Shown piece by piece: positions 29,406-35,810 of a stretch of DNA of 64,000 bases. Both the position numbers and the translations under genes were made by a program. Source of the DNA: Alphaproteobacteria bacterium (lineage in GTDB: Bacteria > Pseudomonadota > Alphaproteobacteria > Micavibrionales > UBA2020); the NCBI GenBank assembly GCA_016794125.1, contig JAEUKT010000002.1:434848-498847 (forward strand), written 5' to 3'. Under the pieces are notes generated by a model. That model saw only the letters and a list, made by a program, of their open reading frames with translations. It was not told the origin of the DNA and did no database searches. The stretch's first letter is position 1; each line of letters starts with the position of its first letter.

Positions 29406-29716
29406 GGTTCGAACCGCGCGGTTTCTGCGCGTACAGCAATGCTTCCATTTACTAGATAAATATATGTAGTCCCGCCAGGATTAGGAGACCAGTAACTTAT
29501 GTTACCGGCGGAAGAATTGTCCTGCAGAGCGTCAAGATCGCCGGTATGCGATATCGAACCAACCCCTTCAAAAATTATCTGAGCGGGCTGCCTATGGCTA
29601 TCAAGAGCAGCATCTTTGTAAAACTCAACCCTAATTGCCATGGTTTTGGCTAAGTAGTTTATACTGAGACTCACCAGTAATGCGTCATGCAGTTCAATGG
29701 CGTTTAGATCCGTCAT
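29393..29716 (-). CDS. Hypothetical protein (107 aa), AT-richer than its neighbours
   Basis: The ORF starts 15 nt after the DUF1150 gene stop, and its 3' end overlaps the convergent ptsN by 13 nt. The predicted product is small and beta-rich. I recognise no confident family. Confidence 0.5.
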   Translation of the reverse strand: MTDLNAIELHDALLVSLSINYLAKTMAIRVEFYKDAALDSHRQPAQIIFEGVGSISHTGDLDALQDNSSAGNISYWSPNPGGTTYIYLVNGSIAVRAETARFEPYAA

Positions 29717-29731
29717 AACTTGGATTTATGA

Positions 29732-29962
29732 TTAATGCACAGAAACGAGGTCGAGCTCGTGATGGCGCGCGGATGACAGCGCGGCATTGGAATCGGCCTG
29801 CACGGCCAGCGCCGTGCCGTCCGCCGCATGCAGCACCCAGGCCGGTTTACCGTTCACCTGGTATTGCTTCACATAGCCGACTTCCTCGAGGCCGAGTTTT
29901 TTGAGGTCCGCCTGGGTCATCAGGAAAGGGATGTAATTTTCGGGCAGGAAATTGCTTTTCAT
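29732..29962 (-). CDS. DUF1150 family protein
   Basis: The sequence VGYVKQYQVNGKPAWVLHAADGTALAVQADSNAALSSARHHELDLVSVH is present. The pairing with an Hsp20 gene is typical of alphaproteobacteria. Confidence 0.8.
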   Translation of the reverse strand: MKSNFLPENYIPFLMTQADLKKLGLEEVGYVKQYQVNGKPAWVLHAADGTALAVQADSNAALSSARHHELDLVSVH

Positions 29963-29985
29963 TCTTTTTACCTCGCCTTCTTATG

Positions 29986-30480
29986 TTACTTCGGCATGTC
30001 TTTGTTGTCACGCGAAACATCCGCGGAGACATCAATCGTCTGTGATTTTTTCCCGTCTTTTCCGGACTTTATCGCGATTGTTTGAACCGTCGTTTCGGGC
30101 AGTATCCGGCGCAGGTCGATATTCAAAAGCCCGTTATCGAGCGACGCACCCGTCACTTCGATATCTTCGCTGAGGATAAATGAACGCTGGAATTGCCGCG
30201 TAGCGATGCCGCGATGCAGGAACACGCGGGCTTCTTCGTTTTCCTCCGCTGCCTTGCGGCCGCGAATGACGAGTTGGTTGTTTTCCAGCTGCACCGACAG
30301 GTCATCCATTTCAAATCCGGCAACAGCGATGGTGATGCGCAGCAGCGTATCGCTGACTTGTTCGATATTGTACGGCGGATAACCTTCGGTCGCGGCGCGT
30401 TGTGCGCGGTCGAGCGCGCGTTCGAACTGGTCGAAACCGAGCAGGAAGGGGCTGTCAAAAAGTGACAGGCGGCGTGTCAT
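29986..30480 (-). CDS. Hsp20/alpha-crystallin family small heat-shock protein
   Basis: PPYNIEQVSDTLLRITIAVAGFEMDDLSVQLENNQLVIRGRK is typical of IbpA/HspH-type proteins. Confidence 0.9.
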   Translation of the reverse strand: MTRRLSLFDSPFLLGFDQFERALDRAQRAATEGYPPYNIEQVSDTLLRITIAVAGFEMDDLSVQLENNQLVIRGRKAAEENEEARVFLHRGIATRQFQRSFILSEDIEVTGASLDNGLLNIDLRRILPETTVQTIAIKSGKDGKKSQTIDVSADVSRDNKDMPK

Positions 30481-30560
30481 GGTCGTGCTCCTTGTGACAA
30501 GCGAGCGTTACGTTACGCGTTACAACCCCCGTGTTACGTGGCGGGTTGCGCATAACCGAT
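30481..30560 (-). promoter_or_regulatory. 5' UTR of the hsp20 gene with a ROSE-like RNA thermometer hairpin that sequesters the Shine-Dalgarno site
   Basis: The minus-strand RNA reads GCUCGCUUG-UCA-CAAGGAGC (30487-30506). It forms 8 bp with a single bulged G opposite the SD AAGGAG, 7 nt before the AUG. Confidence 0.45.
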
Positions 30561-30589
30561 AATATATGACCGTGTTTGCCGAAAGCAAG
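30561..30589 (-). promoter_or_regulatory. Candidate RpoH (sigma-32)-type heat-shock promoter
   Basis: The minus strand reads CTTG-N17-CATATAT, which resembles the CTTG-N17-CYTATNT heat-shock promoter pattern. It lies about 80 nt upstream of the hsp20 ATG. Confidence 0.4.
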
Positions 30590-30611
30590 TTGCCGGAAAA
30601 CCCTTTTAAAA

Positions 30612-31202
30612 TTAGGGCTTTGGCGGCTTGGGCGCGACGCCCGGCGCGGGCTTGCCCGCTTGCAGGTCGGTCAGGAATTCGCGCATCGCCTTGATCGATT
30701 CCTTCATGTAGTAACGCTGGTTTTCGCGGTACGCGTATTCCAGGTGCTGGTCGTCGATCGGATGTTTCTTGTGCCAGTATTCAAGCTCGCTGCGGCTGAG
30801 CGGTTTATAGGTGAGGTCGAAATCGCGCTCGGCCACATCCAGCACTTTCAGAACGTCTTCAAACGCCGATGCGCGACCGTCAAGTTTCGCGGCGGGGCTG
30901 CGCGCAAAATCATCGGCGACACCCAGAATTTGTTTCAGGTCTTTGCCTTCATAGCGCGCGCTGACACGGCTAAAAATTTCCTTCAGCGATTTGTCTTCTT
31001 TCAAATCGCCCGCCGCAAAGCTGATCGCCGCCGGCCAGCGGAAGGTTTCATAGGTCTGCACATGTTCTGGCAGCAGCAATCCTTCGGGCCTGTTCGGCAT
31101 GGCGGCCTGATTGGCCATCGCCAGTTCGGTGATTTTTTTGCCGATGGCGGTTTGAATTTCGTTGAGCGCGGCTTCGCGCTCATTCTTGAATTTTTTGTCC
31201 AT
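30612..31202 (-). CDS. Hypothetical protein (196 aa) with a Pro/Lys tail
   Basis: The start at MDKKFKNEREAAL has a GGA-rich RBS. The C-terminus is AGKPAPGVAPKPPKP. I recognise no family. Confidence 0.55.
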   Translation of the reverse strand: MDKKFKNEREAALNEIQTAIGKKITELAMANQAAMPNRPEGLLLPEHVQTYETFRWPAAISFAAGDLKEDKSLKEIFSRVSARYEGKDLKQILGVADDFARSPAAKLDGRASAFEDVLKVLDVAERDFDLTYKPLSRSELEYWHKKHPIDDQHLEYAYRENQRYYMKESIKAMREFLTDLQAGKPAPGVAPKPPKP

Positions 31203-31206
31203 ATCA

Positions 31207-31761
31207 TTAATCCTTTTCGTTTTGAATATCAAAGACTGCCAAAACTTCTGGGTAGTATGTGCCCGGCGCATCCCACGTGCCGGGTACGAGCTGTTCCACA
31301 GCAGAAATCACATCACAAAACAAACACGCTTCACTGAAATTTGAAAACAGACCGGCGTCATTAATTAACGGTGAAAAATAACTCTCAATTAACGAAAATA
31401 TCGGCCCGAGATTAGATAGCGCCTTCTGTTCTTTGCTCCAGTGAATAGGTTTTTCCCAAGAAAGTATTGAATGCCAATTATTCGAAGCAACGTCATATCC
31501 CAAGACTTTTCCGTCGACTTGAGATGCTACGCGCTCAACGCCAATCAGGTCATAGCGCAGATTTTTTGGATCAAGCGTCTTAATCAATCGCAGCGCTTCA
31601 TTTTTGTCGACTACCGCTTCTTCATTATACGAAACATATCTATTCCAAGCTTGATTAAAAATGGAATCATCTGTGTCCTCGTCGTTATACTGCGGTCCCA
31701 ATCTATGTATTCCGCGATAGCGAAAATGAGCTTCCGGTTTTTTTAAAATATGATAACGCAT
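31207..31761 (-). CDS. Hypothetical protein (184 aa), clearly AT-richer than flanking genes
   Basis: The ORF lies 9 nt downstream of the NifU-like gene stop and 4 nt upstream of the next gene. I recognise no family. Confidence 0.55.
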   Translation of the reverse strand: MRYHILKKPEAHFRYRGIHRLGPQYNDEDTDDSIFNQAWNRYVSYNEEAVVDKNEALRLIKTLDPKNLRYDLIGVERVASQVDGKVLGYDVASNNWHSILSWEKPIHWSKEQKALSNLGPIFSLIESYFSPLINDAGLFSNFSEACLFCDVISAVEQLVPGTWDAPGTYYPEVLAVFDIQNEKD

Positions 31762-31769
31762 GAATTATA

Positions 31770-32210
31770 TTATTTCTTTGTCGAAAATGCTTTTTCCACT
31801 GCTTCAAACGGCAGCAGGATCGCGTTGTGGCGCGCCTTATAGTCCTTCACGGGCTCCAGTATCACCAGCTTCGCCCAGTCGCCGGAGGGCAGGACGATGT
31901 CGCCATTCAGCATGGCCTCCATCTCGTCCCCGGCGCGCGCCACATCTTCCCGCGTTTTGCCGATGATGGCGCTCCGCATCACGGCGACGACGGTTTTGGT
32001 CAGCGCGCAGGCCTCGACCTCGAATCCAAAATCCTTCACGCGGTCGCCGTCCAGCTTCAGCTGCACATAGACTTCGGACCCGCAAATGGGGCTGACCGAC
32101 CGCGCGGCGATATCGAATTCGTCCAGCACATGCGGCAATGCCGCTTGCCCCGACAGCGCAATCAGTTCGGCGTTATACACGCTGAGCAGGCTGTCGTCGT
32201 CGATAGTCAC
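31770..32210 (-). CDS. NifU/IscU-like Fe-S cluster assembly scaffold protein
   Basis: Cys-containing motifs SPICGSEV and FEVEACALTK are present, and the 146-aa length fits the family. Confidence 0.8.
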   Translation of the reverse strand: MTIDDDSLLSVYNAELIALSGQAALPHVLDEFDIAARSVSPICGSEVYVQLKLDGDRVKDFGFEVEACALTKTVVAVMRSAIIGKTREDVARAGDEMEAMLNGDIVLPSGDWAKLVILEPVKDYKARHNAILLPFEAVEKAFSTKK

Positions 32211-32417
32211 TTACGCCGCACCGCGCGCTTTGTAAGGCTTCGCGCCGACTTGGTTGTTTTTGGTGAACAAACGGTCGCAATAGCCGCAGACCGTTTCATC
32301 ATGGTCGTCAAACGCCAGATAAACTTTCGGGTGCCCCAGCGCGCCATTGCCGCCGTTGCACGACACTTGCGCAACGTCTTTCGGCACCAGCAATACTTCG
32401 GGATGTTCGGTTGCCAT
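32211..32417 (-). CDS. zf-CHCC zinc-finger protein (NDUFS6-like)
   Basis: The motif VSCNGGNGALGHPKVYLAFDDHDETVCGYCDRLF is present. The start is set at MATEHPEV, which has an AAGGAG RBS. Confidence 0.8.
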   Translation of the reverse strand: MATEHPEVLLVPKDVAQVSCNGGNGALGHPKVYLAFDDHDETVCGYCDRLFTKNNQVGAKPYKARGAA

Positions 32418-32434
32418 TTTAATTACTCCTTCAA

Positions 32435-33865
32435 TTATGCCTTTTTTGCAGGCGGATTCACAAAATACCATGAACTGCCTTCGGGACGGTCTTTCAGCAT
32501 CAGCCCCGTTTCCAGCAGCACAGCCCTCAAACGATCAGCCTCCGGCCAGTTTTTTTCCCGCCGCGCGGTGTCGCGCAGGGCGAGGTAATCTTCCTGTTCG
32601 CGTGTCAGCTCCGGCTTGTCCAGCGTCGCACCGCCGAGGCCGAGCGCGCTGTCGGCGGCATCGAGAATGGCAAGCTTGTCCGGCACCGCCAGCGCATCAT
32701 TGCGCATCGCTTCCCACAACACAGACAACGCGACAGGGGAATTCAAATCGTCCTGCATCGCCGCGTCAATTTTCTGGATGACGGTCTTGGCGGCCGCCCC
32801 CGGCTGCGCTGCCACGGGGAATGCCGCGCGCCATTCATCGGCCTTGTGGCAGAGCGTGTTATACGTCGCGCGCGCGCCATCAAGCGAATCCCAGCTGAAA
32901 TTCAGCTGGCCGCGGTAATGCGCCGTCAAAATCAAATACCGGTAATGCATCGCGCTGTAGCCGGCATCCAGCACCTTTTGCAGCGTCAGGAATCCGTCCT
33001 TCGATTTCGCCATCTTGTCGTTGTCGAGCAGCAGGAATTCGCCGTGCAGCCAGTAATTGACCCATTGATGGCCGAAGCAGCCTTCGGATTGCGCGATTTC
33101 ATTGGTGTGGTGGACGGGGATATGGTCGATGCCGCCGCAATGGATATCGATCTTGTCGCCCAGATATTTCGCCGCCATCGCCGAGCATTCGATATGCCAG
33201 CCGGGGAAACCTTCGCCCCACGGGCTTTGCCATTTCATGATCTGGTTCGGGTATTTGGAACCGGCCAACGTAAACCACAGCACGAAATCGGTCGGGTTGC
33301 GTTTGTTATCGTCCGCATCCACGCGGCCTTGTGCTTCCTGCGCTTCTGGTGTGCGGGCGAAATCGCGGTAATGCGGGAATTTGGCGGTGTCGAAATAGAC
33401 GTTGTACTGGTTGCCGCCCGCCTTGTATGCGAAACCCTTTTCCTCCAGCGCCGTGATCATCGATTGCATTTCATCGATATGGTCGGTTGCGCGGCAGACG
33501 ATATGGGGTTTCAAAATGCCCAGTTTGCGGCAATCGGCAAAAAACGCCTCCTCGTAAAACTTCGCGATCTCCCACGGCGATTTCTGCTCGCGGGCGCTGG
33601 CAATCGCCATTTTATCTTCGCCTGTATCACGATCTGATTGCAAATGCCCGACATCGGTGATGTTCATGACATGCGTCAGCCCAAGGCCCGCACGCGCAAT
33701 CGTCCGGCGCAGCAGGTCTTCGAACACATAGGTGCGCAAATTACCGATATGGGCGTAGTTATAAACCGTCGGCCCGCAGCAATAGAGCTTCACGTTCTTC
33801 GCGTCGATCGGCTTGAATTCTTCTTTTTGGCGCGTGAGCGTATTGAACAGGTGCAGCGGCATCAT
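32435..33865 (-). CDS. cysS: Cysteine--tRNA ligase
   Basis: Motifs CGPTVYNYAHIGNLRTY (HIGH), GWHIECSAM and KMAKSKDG (KMSKS) are present. Confidence 0.95.
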   Translation of the reverse strand: MMPLHLFNTLTRQKEEFKPIDAKNVKLYCCGPTVYNYAHIGNLRTYVFEDLLRRTIARAGLGLTHVMNITDVGHLQSDRDTGEDKMAIASAREQKSPWEIAKFYEEAFFADCRKLGILKPHIVCRATDHIDEMQSMITALEEKGFAYKAGGNQYNVYFDTAKFPHYRDFARTPEAQEAQGRVDADDNKRNPTDFVLWFTLAGSKYPNQIMKWQSPWGEGFPGWHIECSAMAAKYLGDKIDIHCGGIDHIPVHHTNEIAQSEGCFGHQWVNYWLHGEFLLLDNDKMAKSKDGFLTLQKVLDAGYSAMHYRYLILTAHYRGQLNFSWDSLDGARATYNTLCHKADEWRAAFPVAAQPGAAAKTVIQKIDAAMQDDLNSPVALSVLWEAMRNDALAVPDKLAILDAADSALGLGGATLDKPELTREQEDYLALRDTARREKNWPEADRLRAVLLETGLMLKDRPEGSSWYFVNPPAKKA

Positions 33866-33869
33866 AAAC

Positions 33870-34178
33870 TCACTTGAACTTTACGTACATGCCGCCGGAT
33901 TCCTTGGTCATCACGGGGATCGCGGTTTCGATATAGCCGTTCATTTTCTCGACCTTGAAATAACGCGCGACGGGCTGGAACAGCGTTTCACCCTCGCCGG
34001 GTTTCGCGGGGTTGAAACGGATATAGAGCGTTTTGACAGAAGTTTTTTTGCAATATTTCACGGTATGGTCGAGCGTATGCAGCGCGTCCTGACGTTCCTG
34101 GTTGCGCAGGTCCAGCTTTACCTCGGCGCCTTCGACGTCGAGGTTTTCGGTGGATGCCATCTGTTCGAAAAAACTCAT
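33870..34178 (-). CDS. Hypothetical protein (102 aa), possibly a degenerate Smr-like domain
   Basis: The segments LDLRNQERQDALHTLDHTV...TLYIRFNPAKPGEGE...SGGMYVKFK align by eye with the Smr pattern LDLHG...IIHGKG...GG.GA..V.L. The HG and HGKG motifs are replaced. Confidence 0.45.
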   Translation of the reverse strand: MSFFEQMASTENLDVEGAEVKLDLRNQERQDALHTLDHTVKYCKKTSVKTLYIRFNPAKPGEGETLFQPVARYFKVEKMNGYIETAIPVMTKESGGMYVKFK

Positions 34179-34241
34179 AAAATCCCTCTTTCCGCTCGGT
34201 GGTTAATATAGCAATATCCGACCCTGAAAGTGAGTCCCAAA

Positions 34242-35645
34242 ATGACGCAAATTTTCGATTTAATCCTGAAAAACGGCCATGTCGCGACCCCGTGGGGGAT
34301 CGTTAAAACCGATATTGCGGTCATGGATGGCAGGATTGCCGATCTGGGCGATTTTTCCGCAAGCCCGGCGCGCGAAATCATCGACTGCAAGGGGCTGCAC
34401 ATCCTGCCGGGCGCGATCGACACGCAGGTGCATTTTCGCGAACCCGGACTGACGCATAAGGAAGACTTATCGACCGGCACGCTATCGGCGATCGCCGGCG
34501 GCGTGACCACCATTTTCGAAATGCCCAATACAGATCCATTAACCGTGAGCGCGGGCGCGATGCACGATAAATTGCACCGCGCGCAGGAAAAGGCATTCTG
34601 CGATTACGCCTTCTTCATCGGCGGCTGCGCGGAAAACGCGCATATCCTGTCGCAGCTGGAAAAAATTCCGGGCTGCTGCGGCGTGAAGGTTTTCATGGGA
34701 TCATCCACCGGCGCGCTGCTGGCGGCGCAGGACGATGTGATTCTAAAAATCCTGCAAAACGGCACGCGCCGTGTGGCGCTGCATGCCGAAGACGAAGAAC
34801 GCCTGAAATCGCGCAAACACATTGCGGAAGAAAGCCACGACGTAAAGGACCATCCCGTCTGGCGCGACGCGGAATGCGCGTTGCAGGCCGTAAAACGCGC
34901 GGTGAAACTGGCGCGCGAAGCGGGGCGGCGCATCCATTTCCTGCATGTGACATCGGGCGATGAAATGGTTTACTTGCGCGACCACAAGGATATCTGCACC
35001 ATCGAAACCACGCCGCAGCACCTGACGCTGTCCGCGCCCGAATGTTACGAGCGCCTTGGCACGCGCGCGCAGATGAACCCGCCGATCCGCGATAAAAAAC
35101 ATACCGATATGCTGTGGGATGCCGTGAACAAGGGCGTCGTCGATGTGCTGGGGTCCGACCACGCGCCCCATACGCTGGAAGAAAAAGCAAAAGAATATCC
35201 CGCATCGCCGTCCGGCATGACGGGCGTGCAGACGATGGTGCCGGTGATGCTGAACCATGTGAACAACGGCAAGCTGCCGCTGGAACGCGTGGTCGATCTC
35301 CTCGCCCACGGCCCGCAGCGCATTTATCAAATCGCGGGCAAGGGGCGCATCGCGCTGGGTTACGATGCCGATTTCACGATTGTCGATATGAACCGCGAAA
35401 AAACCATCACGGATAAATGGATCAAATCGCGCTGCGGCTGGACACCGTTCGACGGCATGAAGGTCAAGGGATGGGTGCAGGGCACGATCCTGCGCGGCAC
35501 CGCCGTGATGTGGGACGACGAGATCACAGATTCGGCCAGGAACCGTAAATCGCGCGGCCAGCCCGTCCGTTTTGCCGATTTATTGACAAACGCAACAAAC
35601 TTGCCCACCGAAGACATAAAAATCGGAGCCATGGATTGCTGTTAA
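34242..35645 (+). CDS. pyrC: Dihydroorotase-like cyclic amidohydrolase (class I, PyrC-type)
   Basis: Motifs seen are PGAIDTQVHFREPGLTHKEDLSTGTLSAIAGGVTTIFEMPNT, GCCGVKVFMGSS and LGSDHAPH. The start is set at MTQIFDLILKNG. There is an unaligned C-terminal extension of about 40 aa. Confidence 0.8.
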   Translation: MTQIFDLILKNGHVATPWGIVKTDIAVMDGRIADLGDFSASPAREIIDCKGLHILPGAIDTQVHFREPGLTHKEDLSTGTLSAIAGGVTTIFEMPNTDPLTVSAGAMHDKLHRAQEKAFCDYAFFIGGCAENAHILSQLEKIPGCCGVKVFMGSSTGALLAAQDDVILKILQNGTRRVALHAEDEERLKSRKHIAEESHDVKDHPVWRDAECALQAVKRAVKLAREAGRRIHFLHVTSGDEMVYLRDHKDICTIETTPQHLTLSAPECYERLGTRAQMNPPIRDKKHTDMLWDAVNKGVVDVLGSDHAPHTLEEKAKEYPASPSGMTGVQTMVPVMLNHVNNGKLPLERVVDLLAHGPQRIYQIAGKGRIALGYDADFTIVDMNREKTITDKWIKSRCGWTPFDGMKVKGWVQGTILRGTAVMWDDEITDSARNRKSRGQPVRFADLLTNATNLPTEDIKIGAMDCC

Positions 35646-35810
35646 TTTATGTTATCACGTTCAAAATCAGTAGCTTGTGCTGGTTACTTGATTATTAATT
35701 TTCCATAGCATTTATCTTATATCTTACACAATTCCTTAAACCTGTTCGCGTAAAATGGTTTAAATGGAACGCCTTGGGGGGCGTTCTTCGAAGTTCAGGG
35801 GTTTACGGTT

